Positions 1 to 22,295 of a DNA stretch of 64,000 bases are shown here, piece by piece (the stretch's first letter is position 1; each line of letters starts with the position of its first letter). The notes under the pieces are model-generated. The model was given only the letters and a program-made list of their open reading frames with translations, was not told the DNA's origin and ran no database searches. Position numbers and translations under genes: made by a program. This stretch comes from the human T2T-CHM13v2.0 reference genome, Homo sapiens. The stretch lies in assembly GCF_009914755.1 (NCBI RefSeq), contig NC_060930.1; one strand, written 5' to 3'.

Positions 1-1498
1 TTATAGAAGTTATGGCAACAGTTCTATGAATGTCTCCTTTATCCCTCTACCACAAAATAAGCTTCTAAGAAGTCTGGAAATTCTGAGAGTATATTAGCCA
101 ATGTGAGTGATCACTATCTAATAGTATATTTTCCAAAAGCCTAGCTTTCTAAAAGAGAGTCTTGAATTTTAGACTGTCATACAAATGTCAGTTAGGTAGC
201 TTTCCTGCCATAGCAATTAGCCAAGTTAACTAGGTAGCCAAGACAAGGATAACTTGATGATAGATGGTTTGATTTAAGTAAAACCGTGTGATTTTTTTTT
301 TTTTTTACCAAAAGCATGCTCTGGGTAAGTTAGCAAATCAAAGCAAAGACTATGTCTTTCTATCTGGAATTCCAACAACCATCTAAATTCTTTAATTATA
401 CAGATAATTTTGCATTTAAAATTTTTGAAGTAGTGGACTATTAACTAGATCTTAGAAATGGTTTGTGAAACTTCAATAAAAGTGTTTCTTGAAAGAAGAT
501 TTGATTCTCATATATGAAATATGAACCAAGTTAAATGTACAATCTATTGATACCTACATTTGTAGTTACTAAAGGGAATTGAGATAAGCTGATTTTATAG
601 AGTTATTTCGTTAGATTAAGTCCTTTCTCTCCTTGGAGAAATAACTTAATTAGGTATATGTCACAAATGCAATTAGGTGAGGAATCTTGGCCCTAATTCA
701 TTTAGTTGAAAGAATTACGAACAATTTGTGACATAGCAAGTAGGTTTTTATCAAGACAGTCTTTTTGAGATCAGCTATTCAAAAAGCAGGGGCACTGGAC
801 TCTGAACACAAATTTATCTCAAACTTTATCTCGATTCATCTTTGTGGCCTGATGAGGTCATCATTTGAAAAGAATCTAGGTGAATATAATTTATAATACA
901 GTACCTTACCTATAAATTCTTCTTTATCTCAGTATTGACACAATACTATTCAGGTGGCTTTAGGAGTTATTTGCTTCTATCTGTTAAAAATCACAAAGGA
1001 TAATAATAGAAAAAGACATGTATATTCGGACAGCTATAGAGGCAGACATGTGATTAGAATCGGACCTCCTGTTTCCAAGCACTAGACTCAGGTCACTAGA
1101 TCACAATTACAGCTTTATGCTTTGGCTTGGCAGTTTTGAAAAGCTCTTATTTTTCTTAGCCTTATATTTGACTGCCAGAGACATAATCATTTCTTTACCA
1201 CTCATCATGAACAACAAAGCACTAAATTAGTATCTAGTGTTAAGATGGTAAGCTACAGGTATATTTAAGTTAGGAAAGAATTTCTTATTTGGAAAAAGAA
1301 GTTATATTTTGTAACTTCCTTTGTTTAACTAATTTATATAGGCAGGTTAGTAGTACACTATACATGTATTTTTTTAATGTTTAAATTTAAAACATTTAGG
1401 CAAAGGAGTTTTGTCTAAAATAATATTCCTTAGCTTACTGATTCTTAATAATTAATCAAAACCAATATATTTTAATGATTTACATTACTGAAAAACTG

Positions 1499-1591
1499 TA
1501 ACATAAGCTTATTTAAAACCTTTAAAAAACTATAACAAGCTTATTTAAAACCTTTAAAAACTACAACATAAGCTTATTTACAACCTTTAAA
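1499..1591. repeat. Minisatellite, ~3 x 31-32 bp (AAC(AT)AAGCTTATTTAAAACCTTTAAAAACT)
   Basis: Three head-to-tail copies, each containing AAGCTT. Confidence 0.85.
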
Positions 1592-1685
1592 TAGAGTCTG
1601 TAAAACAGTACATTCAGTGAAATCTAGTTTTATTCCTATTCTTCTACCTTGTTAGACTGTACATAATCTCTCTCTCAAAAAGACT

Positions 1686-1717
<32 letters not shown>

Positions 1718-1783
1718 TATGTACATATATAGTATGTGTACATATATGTATGTGTACGTATGTGTGTGTGTGTTTATATATAC

Positions 1784-1820
<37 letters not shown>
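1686..1820. repeat. Compound microsatellite (TG)n/(TA)n/(GA)n
   Basis: Directly visible. Confidence 0.95.
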
Positions 1821-1826
<6 letters not shown>

Positions 1827-2189
1827 ACCAAAAGAGAATCTAACAGAGTAGAAAAAGGAGAAGGATCACTGGGAAACTTAATGCATATGTGGGGGATATC
1901 AAATAAGCCCAGCAAAAAGAAAAAGCAAAGAAGCCTTGAGAAAGGACTGCAACATTGAATGCCTTCTCCAACCCACCCACAGATTGATCAGAAGTGGATG
2001 GAAGCCTTATGGACTTGAGGTGCTATCACAGCTTCTGTCCAAACAACTAGACAATGATTAGGTTATTTGGACACAGGGGTGATCCCAACAAAGCCAGTTT
2101 AAAAATAAAAATAAAGAGAAAAATGGGCCGGATGTGGTGGCTCACGCCTGTAATCCCAACAGAAGCTGACTCTGAGAGGGCCAGGGTCT

Positions 2190-3010
2190 CAGATACTGAA
2201 TTTAGCAAAGACTTTACAGAAATATTGTAAATCTGTTCAAGGAATTAGAGAAAACTCTGTTCAAATAATTAAGTGAAAATATGACAATTACTCAATCTCA
2301 GTAGAGAAACAGACATCATAAAGGAACCAAATGGAAATTCTAGAGTTTCAGAGTACAATAATCCAAATGAAAAATTTACTAGCTAGACTCACAGTAGATT
2401 TGAGGTGGCAGAAGGAAAAATCAGTGAACTTAAATATGGATAAATTGAAATGATCTAAAGAAAGACGAGAAAGAAAAATAATAATGAAAAATGAACAGAG
2501 CCACAACATTCTGTGAGACGACATCAAGCATACCAACATGTATGTAATGGGAATCCCAGGAGAAAGGAAGAGAGAGATAAATAAGAGAGAAGCAAGAGCC
2601 AAACACTTCTGAAATTTGATGAAAACTATTAATTTATAGATGAAACTTTAGAGAACTCCAAGTAGAATAAACACAAAGAGAACCACGTTTAGACACATCA
2701 TAATCAAACTGCTAAAAGCCAAAAAAAACAGTAAATTTTAAAAGCAATAACAGAAAAACAATTCATCATGTACGTGAAAACACAATAAGAATATAGCAAT
2801 TTCAGAAAGAATGGAGACAAAAAGGCCTTAGAATGACATACTCAAAGTGCAAAAATAAAAAAGAGATTGTCAACTATGAATTCTGTCTTCAATGAAACTA
2901 TCAAAGATGAAAGCAAAAATGAAGACATTTTGAAGCAACAAAGTATAAAATGAATTCCTTGCTAGCATAAATGAACTATAAGAGTTGCTAAAGAAGTCCC
3001 ACATGCAAAT
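2190..3010 (+). mobile_element. Ancient L1M ORF1 region (5' part of the host L1M)
   Basis: Degenerate ORF1-like A-rich sequence (CAAATGGAAATTCTAGAG, AAAATCAGTGAACTT, AGACACATCATAATCAAACTG). Confidence 0.7.
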
Positions 3011-3133
3011 ACATTATAACAGACAATTTTATTTTTTGCAACACAATTTATTTATTTATTTATTTATTTTCCCCTTTCCCCACAATTTATTTTTTAATGT
3101 TTTCATTATTTCACATAGAAACTTCATCCCTTT

Positions 3134-3433
3134 AGCCAGGCTTGGTGTCTCATGCCTGCAGTTCTAGCACTTTGGGAGGCCAAGGTGGGCGGATCACCTG
3201 AGATCAGGAGTTCGAGACCAGCCTGACCAATGGTGAAACCCCATCTCTAATAAAAATTTTAAAAAAACTAACCGAGCATGATGGTGCATACCTGTAATCC
3301 CAGCAACTCAGGAGGCTGCAGCAGGAGAATTGCATGAACCGGGAAGTGGACGTTGCAGTAAGCCGAGATCACTCCACTGCACTCTATTCTGGGTGACAGA
3401 ACGAGACTCCCTCTCAAAAAAAAAAAAAAAAAA
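3134..3433 (+). mobile_element. AluS element
   Basis: Full dimer with poly(A); degenerate TSD AGAAA(C/T)TTCAT. Confidence 0.92.
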
Positions 3434-3728
3434 AGACAGAAAAAAGAAATTTCATTCATTAGAAAGTAATTCATCATTCCTACCTCCTCTCACACCTTAG
3501 TTCCCTCATTTTATTGTGAAAATATTCAAGCATATACAGAAAGATTGAAAGAATTGTACAGTGAACACTCATATATTCATCACTATTCTACAATATTTTG
3601 CTGTATTTGTTTTATCACATCCATACATCTATCCATCTCTTTGTTATGTACTTCAAAGTTGCAGACATGAGTACGTTTCACTTCTAAAATGTTAACATGC
3701 ATAACATTAATTAGAGTTTATGTTTATC

Positions 3729-3993
<265 letters not shown>

Positions 3994-4020
3994 TTCTTTT
4001 TTAATTGCTAAAATTAAAAA

Positions 4021-4312
4021 GACCAGGTGTAGTGGCTCACGCCTGTAATCCCAGCACTTTGGGAGGCCAAGGCAGGAGGCCACTTGAACCCAGGAATTCA
4101 AGACAAACCTAGGCATCAAGGTGAGACCCTGTCTCTACAAAAAAATTTTTTTTAAATAGCTAGATGTCATGGTGCATGCCTGTGGTCCCAACTACTTGGA
4201 AGGCTGAGGCTGAAGCATCACTTGAGCCCAGGAGGTCAAGGCTGCAGTGACCTGTGATCGTATCATTGCACTCCAGCCTGAGCAACAGAGTGACACCCTG
4301 TCTCATAAAAAA
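4021..4312 (+). mobile_element. AluJ element
   Basis: CTTGAGCCCAGGAGGTCAAGGCTGCAGTG and GAGACCCTGTCTC are J-type diagnostics. Confidence 0.9.
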
Positions 4313-4657
4313 ATTTTTTTTGATTACATTTAAAAACCTTTTTAGAAACAGGGTGTCATTATAACAGACAATAATTTGAATTAAGAGGAAGGGATGGAAT
4401 GAAGAAATAAAGAGCACTGAAATTTGTAAATACATTGGGTCAATATAAAGCATTCTACATCGTCATCAACAACAAAGCACTAAATTAGTATCTAATGTAA
4501 GCTCTGTTAAGATGGTAAGCTACAGGTATCTTTAAGTTAGAAAAGAATTTCTTATTTGGAAAAGAACAGTTACGTTGTGTAACTTCCTTTGTTTAACTAA
4601 TTTATATATGCAGGTTAGTAGTACACTATATATGTATTTTTTTAATTTTAAAATTTA

Positions 4658-11371
<6,714 letters not shown>

Positions 11372-11399
11372 AAATTTTTAAATTTAAAATATTTAGATA

Positions 11400-14300
11400 G
11401 ATGACTATAATTGTATTTGTCATGTCATATATTTGCGTTTGTATAGTCATAGATATATGACTATATTTGTATTTTTCTTCTAATTTTTTAAAAAATATAA
11501 TGTTAAAGCAATAACTATTACACTACACTGTTACATTTATAGGATATGAATATATTATATATGATATCAATGATACAAGAAAATGGAGAGGAAATACATC
11601 TAAACTGAAATTTGCCATAGTTTTCTGAAATTAAGTCAATGTTAACTGGAATAGATTATGATAAAGTAAAGATGCATATTGTATAATCACTTTAAAAATT
11701 TCAAAAAAAGCTAAAAATTTATGAAAAACTAAAATAGCATGCTAAAAATATTTGTTGAACAAAAATGAAGGCAGGAGAGAAAGAACAGGGGAGCAAAAAT
11801 GATTACACTTATAGAAATAACTAAATAACAAAATAGAAACCTTTACCCAACCCAATGTTAGAAAATATTTTTCTATGTTTTGTTCTATAATTTTTATAGC
11901 TTTGGAATTTACATTTGTGTCCATTGTTCATTTGAGTTAATTTTTGTGTAGGGTGTGATTTATGAATCAAAGTTAATTTTTTGCACATAGATATTTGCCA
12001 TATCAATAATTACATTAAATGTGAACAGAATAAATACATCAAAAGGTAAAGAATGTCAGATTGGATTTTACAAAGCAATATCCAACTATATACTATCTAC
12101 AAGAGATATGGATGAGATTCAAGATACAAACAGGTTGAAAGTTAAAGGATATATACAAAGATGTACTATGTAAAGAGTAACCACAAGAAATATGGAGTGA
12201 GTATAATAGTATTACACAGACTCTATGACAAGTGACATTATTGGAGACAGGAAAGAATATTTTATATAATGATAAAAGGGCCAATATAGCAGGAAGATAT
12301 AGCAATTATTATTGTGTATGTACCTAACAGAGCCTCAAAATGCATGAAGCAGAGACGGACAGAAATGAAAGACAATAGGCAATTAGAAATAAATAGAAAT
12401 TAGAAAGAAGCAATTAACACAATTATATTTAAAGATTTCAATACTCCTCTCTCAATAAGAATATAGTAGACTTGAATAAGCCTACAGTACACTCATCTGA
12501 ACTGACATTCATAAAACACTCCACCCAACAATAATAAAATACACATTTTTCCAAGTGCATATAAATCATTTACCAAGATAGACTATATTCTCCATTACTA
12601 AATGAATCACAATACATTTTAAGGATTCAAGTTATATAAAGTATGTTTTTGGTCACAATGGAATTAAATTCGACATCAATATTAGAAAAAATCTCTATTA
12701 AATCTTCAAATGTTTCAAAATGAAAAAATATGATTCTCAACACCCTGTAGGTCAAAGAAGGAATCAAAAGGAAAATTTGAAAACATTTTGAGCTTAATAA
12801 AAATAAAAACAAGTTTAGTTGTATAGATTTAAATGCTTATATTAGAAAGGAATAAAAATTGAATGTTAATAATCTAAGTATCCACCTCCAAGAATATGGA
12901 AAAAAGAGCATATCAATAACCAAGTATGTAGAAGGCAGGAACAATAAAATCAGAGTGGAAATAAAATAAAAATGGGAAAAAAATAACTAGAAGAACAATA
13001 CAGAAAACTAATACCATCAAAAGTTGGTTCTTTGAAAAGATCAACAAAATTGGTGAACTTCTAGCCAGACTGATCAGGAAAAAAAAAGGAAAGAAAAAAT
13101 TACCAGTAACTACAATGAGGGAGGGGACACCACTACAGACCCTACAGAAACTGAAAGGCTTACAAGGGAATATTATCAATGAGTTTAGGCTAATAAATTC
13201 TATAATACAGATAAAATGTACAAATTCTTAGAAAGTCAAAAATTACCAAAACTGACTCAAGAACAAATAGAAGAATTGTATAGTCCTATTTCAGTTGTAT
13301 ACATTGTAATAGTTAAAATCTTGCTATTAAAAAAAGCTTAGATTCAGATGTCTTTAATTCTATCAGATGTCTTCATCTTTATTTGAAATGAGACCAATCC
13401 TACACATAATTTTTTCAAAAATCAAAAAGGAGGGAACTCTTCCTACTTCATTTTATGAGGCCAATATTACTCTGATACTGCAAGTCAAAGACCTCAGAAA
13501 AGTCCATAGGCCAATATCTCTCATAAAGAGAGATGCACACACACACACACATATACATAAAAAACCACTTAACAAATATTAGCAAACTGAATCCAATAAC
13601 ATATAGAAACAATTATAAACCTTGAAAGAGTGGTTTAACATTTGAAAATTTGTTGATGTCATGCACCATATTAGGAAATAACAAAACCAATATGATTACC
13701 TCAATGAATTCAGGACAAAATATTTTTTCAAAATTCAATACCCATTCAACAAATTAAGAATAGAAGAGCAGTTTGTCACTCTGATAAGAGGGATTTGTGA
13801 AAACAAAAATTGTGAGTATTATCTTTCACTTAATGGTGAAAGACTGAACTCTAAGATCAGGATCAATACAAGAATATCCACTATCCTCATTTACATTCAA
13901 TATTATCCTGGAGGTTCTAGCCAGTGTAATACTGCAGGAAAAAGCCATTAAAGACATATAAAATGGAAGAGAAGAAGAAAGCCCATCTTTATTCTTAGAT
14001 GGTATAATCTTATATGTAAAAAATTCTGAAGAATCTACAATAAAAGATTACAATTCATTAGCAAGTTTAGCAAGGTTGCAGGAATCAAATTGAATATACA
14101 AATTTTTATTTGATTTCCGTATACAAGCAACAATCAATCAAAAAAATGAAATTTTGAAAACAATTTTATTTATGGTGATGACCTGTACACAGATGACTAA
14201 AAAACATTGCTAAAAGCAATTCAAGAAGACCTAAATAAATGTAGAGTTGATTTGTGGTTTGGAAGACCCAGTATTATTAAGGTGACAGTTCTTTAGATAT

Positions 14301-15098
14301 TGATCTATAGATTCAAGGAAATCTCAATGAAAATCTGAAGCATTTTTGCAAATGCAACAAATTTTTCTAGCCATCATGTGTAAATGCAAATGACCTGGTA
14401 TAGCCAAAATGATTTTTAAAAAAATAACAAAACTGAAGGACTAATATTACCTGATTTCAACATTTATCATAATGATAATCAAGGAAGTGTGGCATCAGCT
14501 TAAAGATAGACAAATAGACAAATGGGAAATAATAGAGTCAAAATGTAAACCCACATATATCTAGACAAATGGCTTTCAACAGGGGTACAAAAATAACTCA
14601 GCTGATAATAAATAGCTTTTTTCAACAACCCTTTTATATGGTTGGATTTGCATGTTTAAGAAAAAGAAAGACAAGAACTTCAACCCATACCTCCCACATT
14701 ATAGAAAACTTACTTAAAATAGGTAATAGAAATAAATGTAAAAACCAAAACTGTAAATTTTTTAGAAGAAAATACAGAATAAATACTTTGTGACTTTAGG
14801 TTAGGCATAGGTTTTTAACTATGACACTAAAAAGTCAATCAATGAAAGAAATAGTTAAAAATATTTCTTCTTTGAAAGACACTGCCAGGAGAATAAAAAG
14901 ACAAAGCACACCATGGGAGAAATATTTTCAAATTACATATATGATAAAATGACTTTTATCCAGAATATATAAATAGCTCTAAACAAACAATCCAATTTTT
15001 AAAATGAGTATGATTGTAATAGCACTCCACACGAAAGATATATGAATTGCAAATAAACTCATGAAAAGTTGTTCAACATGATTAGTCATTAGGAAAAT
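11400..15098 (+). mobile_element. Ancient L1M inter-ORF and ORF2 region (highly diverged)
   Basis: ISIITLNVN-like ORF2 start near 12000; remnant KIKKEGTLPTSFYEANITLI; continues to the MKRCS-like C-terminal region near 15060. Confidence 0.8.
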
Positions 15099-15118
15099 CA
15101 AAACAAAACAAAGCAAAC
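15099..15118 (+). repeat. L1HS target-site duplication, 5' copy (CAAAACAAAACAAAGCAAAC)
   Basis: Identical 20-mer at 21173-21192; TC/AAAA context fits an L1 endonuclease site (TSD 19-20 bp). Confidence 0.93.
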
Positions 15119-16023
15119 GAGGGAGGAGCCAAGATGGCCGAATAGGAACAGCTCCGGTCTACAGCTCCCAGCGTGAGCGACGCAGAAGACGGTGATTTCT
15201 GCATTTCCATCTGAGGTACCGGGTTCATCTCACTAGGGAGTGCCAGAGAGTTGGCGCAGGCCAGTGTGTGTGCGCACCGTGCGCGAGCGGAAGCAGGGCG
15301 AGGCATTGCCTCACCTGGGAAGCGCAAGGGGTCAGGGAGTTCCCTTTCCGAGTCAAAGAAAGGGGTGACGGACGCACCTGGAAAATAGGGTCACTCCCAC
15401 CCGAATATTGCGCTTTTCAGACCGGCTTAAGAAACGGCGCACCACGAGACTATATCCCACACCTGGCTCGGAGGGTCCTACACCCACGGAATCTCGCTGA
15501 TTGCTAGCACAGCAGTCTGAGATCAAACTGCAAGGCGGCAACGAGGCTGGGGGAGGGGCGCCCGCCATTGCCCAGGCTTGCTTAGGTAAACAAAGCAGCC
15601 AGGAAGCTCAAACTGGGTGGAGCCCACCACAGCTCAAGGAGGCCTGCCTGCCTCTGTAGGCTCCACCTCTGGGGGCAGGGCACAGACAAACAAAAAGACA
15701 GCAGTAACCTCTGCAGACTTAAGTGTCCCTGTCTGACAGCTTTGAAGAGAGCAGTGGTTCTCCCAGCACGCAGCTGGAGATCTGAGAACGGGCAGACTGC
15801 CTCCTCAAGTGGGTCCCTGACTCCTGACCCCCGAGCAGCCTAACTGGGAGGCACCCCCCAGCAGGGGCACACTGACACCTCACACGGCAGGGTATTCCAA
15901 CAGACCTGCAGCTGAGGGTCCTGTCTGTTAGAAGGAAAACTAACAACCAGAAAGGACATCTACACCGAAAACCCATCTGTACATCACCATCATCAAAGAC
16001 CAAAAGTAGATAAAACCACAAAG
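15119..16023 (+). promoter_or_regulatory. L1HS 5'UTR: CpG-rich internal sense promoter and antisense promoter
   Basis: YY1 site CAAGATGGCC at 15130-39; SOX-type AACAAA at 15589-94 and 15689-94; dense CpGs 15119-15600; known +97/98 splice donor CTGAG|GTACC at 15216. Confidence 0.9.
15353..15568 (-). CDS. LINE-1 ORF0 (71 aa, antisense in 5'UTR)
   Basis: MAGAPPPASLPPCSLISDCC...RCVRHPFL has the length, position and sequence of primate L1 ORF0. Confidence 0.9.
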   Translation of the reverse strand: MAGAPPPASLPPCSLISDCCASNQRDSVGVGPSEPGVGYSLVVRRFLSRSEKRNIRVGVTLFSRCVRHPFL

Positions 16024-17040
16024 ATGGGGAAAAAACAGAACAGAAAAACTGGAAACTCTAAAACGCAGAGCGCCTCTCCTCCTCCAAAGGAACGCAGTTC
16101 CTCACCAGCAACAGAACAAAGCTGGATGGAGAATGATTTTGACGAGCTGAGAGAAGAAGGCTTCAGACGATCAAATTACTCTGAGCTACGGGAGGACATT
16201 CAAACCAAAGGCAAAGAAGTTGAAAACTTTGAAAAAAATTTAGAAGAATGTATAACTAGAATAACCAATACAGAGAAGTGCTTAAAGGAGCTGATGGAGC
16301 TGAAAACCAAGGCTCGAGAACTACGTGAAGAATGCAGAAGCCTCAGGAGCCGATGCGATCAACTGGAAGAAAGGGTATCAGCAATGGAAGATGAAATGAA
16401 TGAAATGAAGCGAGAAGGGAAGTTTAGAGAAAAAAGAATAAAAAGAAATGAGCAAAGCCTCCAAGAAATATGGGACTATGTGAAAAGACCAAATCTATGT
16501 CTGATTGGTGTACCTGAAAGTGATGTGGAGAATGGAACCAAGTTGGAAAACACTCTGCAGGATATTATCCAGGAGAACTTCCCCAATCTAGCAAGGCAGG
16601 CCAACGTTCAGATTCAGGAAATACAGAGAACGCCACAAAGATACTCCTCGAGAAGAGCAACTCCAAGACACATAATTGTCAGATTCACCAAAGTTGAAAT
16701 GAAGGAAAAAATGTTAAGGGCAGCCAGAGAGAAAGGTCGGGTTACCCTCAAAGGAAAGCCCATCAGACTAACAGCGGATCTCTCGGCAGAAACCCTACAA
16801 GCCAGAAGAGAGTGGGGGCCAATATTCAACATTCTTAAAGAAAAGAATTTTCAACCCACAATTTCATATCCAGCCAAACTAAGCTTCATAAGTGAAGGAG
16901 AAATAAAATACTTTATAGACAAGCAAATGTTGAGAGATTTTGTCACCACCAGGCCTGCCCTAAAAGAGCTCCTGAAGGAAGCGCTAAACATGGAAAGGAA
17001 CAACCGGTACCAGCCGCTGCAAAATCATGCCAAAATGTAA
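16024..17040 (+). CDS. LINE-1 ORF1p (338 aa; coiled coil, RRM, CTD)
   Basis: MGKKQNRKTG...NHAKM with REKG, ARR and YPAKLS motifs present; differs from active L1s at R159C and R279T. Confidence 0.98.
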   Translation: MGKKQNRKTGNSKTQSASPPPKERSSSPATEQSWMENDFDELREEGFRRSNYSELREDIQTKGKEVENFEKNLEECITRITNTEKCLKELMELKTKARELREECRSLRSRCDQLEERVSAMEDEMNEMKREGKFREKRIKRNEQSLQEIWDYVKRPNLCLIGVPESDVENGTKLENTLQDIIQENFPNLARQANVQIQEIQRTPQRYSSRRATPRHIIVRFTKVEMKEKMLRAAREKGRVTLKGKPIRLTADLSAETLQARREWGPIFNILKEKNFQPTISYPAKLSFISEGEIKYFIDKQMLRDFVTTRPALKELLKEALNMERNNRYQPLQNHAKM

Positions 17041-17079
17041 AGACCATCGAGACTAGGAAGAAACTGCATCAACTAATGA

Positions 17080-20931
<3,852 letters not shown>

Positions 20932-20974
20932 ACAATGAGATCACATGGACACAGGAAGGGGAATATCACACTCT

Positions 20975-21008
20975 GGGGACTGTGGTGGGGTCGGGGGAGG
21001 GGGGAGGG
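20975..21008 (+). other. L1 3'UTR G-rich tract (G-quadruplex-capable)
   Basis: GGGGACTGTGGTGGGGTCGGGGGAGGGGGGAGGG. Confidence 0.8.
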
Positions 21009-21133
21009 ATAGCATTGGGAGATATACCTAATGCTAGATGACACATTAGTGGGTGCAGCGCACAAGCATGGCACATGTATACATATGTAACTAACCTGCA
21101 CAATGTGCACATGTACCCTAAAACTTAGAGTAT

Positions 21134-21139
21134 AATAAA
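21134..21139 (+). terminator. L1 AATAAA poly(A) signal (weak, abuts the tail)
   Basis: TATAATAAAAA at the end of the L1 3'UTR. Confidence 0.85.
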
Positions 21140-21172
21140 AAAAAAAAAAAAAAACACATGAAAAAAAAAAAA

Positions 21173-21192
21173 CAAAACAAAACAAAGCAAAC
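21173..21192 (+). repeat. L1HS target-site duplication, 3' copy
   Basis: Identical to 15099-15118 and directly after the poly(A) tail. Confidence 0.93.
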
Positions 21193-22270
21193 ATGGAAAT
21201 GTTTGTTATTTTAATTGTTATGATGGTTTCATGGCTGTTTGCATGTGTCAAAACTCATCAAATTTGTGTACGTTAAATATGTGAAACTTATTGTATGCTG
21301 GTTACACCTCAATAAAGCTGTTAAATTTTTTTAAATTTAAAAATATTATTTCAAGAATAAAATAACCAAACCATATTCTGGGAGCAAGTATTTGCAAATT
21401 ATATATCTGATAAATGACTTGTATCAATAATACATAAAGAACTTTTACAACTCACAAATAAGAAGGCAAACTAAAAATGGAAAAAAGATTTAAATAGATG
21501 ATTCTTCAAAGAAGATATGTGAATGTCTAACAAGCAGAGGAAATGATCATTAATCATTAAGAAAATGCAAATTAAAGCCACAATGAAATACTATACATCC
21601 ACTAAAATGGCTATAATCAAAAAGATTGACAAAATTGGTGAGAATATGTGGAAATCAGGAACCCTAATACACTGCTGATGGGAATGTAAAATGGCACTTT
21701 GGAAACTGGTTTGGGAATTTCCTAGAAAGTTAAACACATACTTACCTATTATGACCTAGCAATTGAACTCCTGGGTATTTACCTAAGAAAAGTAAAAATC
21801 TGTGTCCACAAAAAGATGTTTATTTTATTGTTCATGGCAGCATTATTTAGAATATCTAAAAATAAGAAACTGGTGAATTAATAAATAAAATATGGTGTAC
21901 CCACATAAATGATACTACTCAAAAAGAAACAAACTACTTAGCCATGCAACATGGGTAAACTCAAAAGCATAATGTTGAATCAATTAAGCTAGACAAAAAA
22001 GGCTACATATTGTATAATTCTATTTATATGAAATTTCTAGAAAAAAGCAAAACTATAGAGACAAAAACTATGTCAGTAGTTTTCTGGGACTACAAGAGTG
22101 AGAAGCAGTTGACTACAAATGGGCACAAGGAAACTTTTTTAGGTGATGGAAGTATTTTAGTCTTAGGTTGTGGTGATGGGTGCAGACCTATATAAATTTA
22201 CTAAAACTATTGCACCCTACATGTACAGTGTATCAGTATTATGGCAAGTAAATCATACCTTAATAAAACT
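21193..22270 (+). mobile_element. Two tandem ancient L1M 3' ends (21193-21325 and ~21350-22270)
   Basis: L1M-type 3'UTR termini ending ...ACCTCAATAAAGCTG and ...ACCTTAATAAAACTG; ORF2 C-terminal remnant at 21370-21900. Confidence 0.75.
21311..21316 (+). terminator. Downstream AATAAA supplied by an old L1M 3' end (second AATAAA at 21356-61)
   Basis: CCTCAATAAAGCTGTTAAA followed by T-rich sequence, ~120 bp beyond the TSD. Confidence 0.7.
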
Positions 22271-22295
22271 GTTAGCTAAACAATAAAAAAGATAT

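Noticed and set aside
1499-1591. ~32-bp repeated units as a CRISPR-like array
   Set aside because: Head-to-tail with no unique spacers, human context and no cas genes; an ordinary minisatellite.
1652-1958. 87-aa and 89-aa ORFs on both strands
   Set aside because: Translations of the TG/TA/GA microsatellite.
21193-21330. Sequence after the tail as a transduction carried into this locus
   Set aside because: The TSD ends at 21192, before this segment, and no second poly(A) plus TSD follows; it is native flank.
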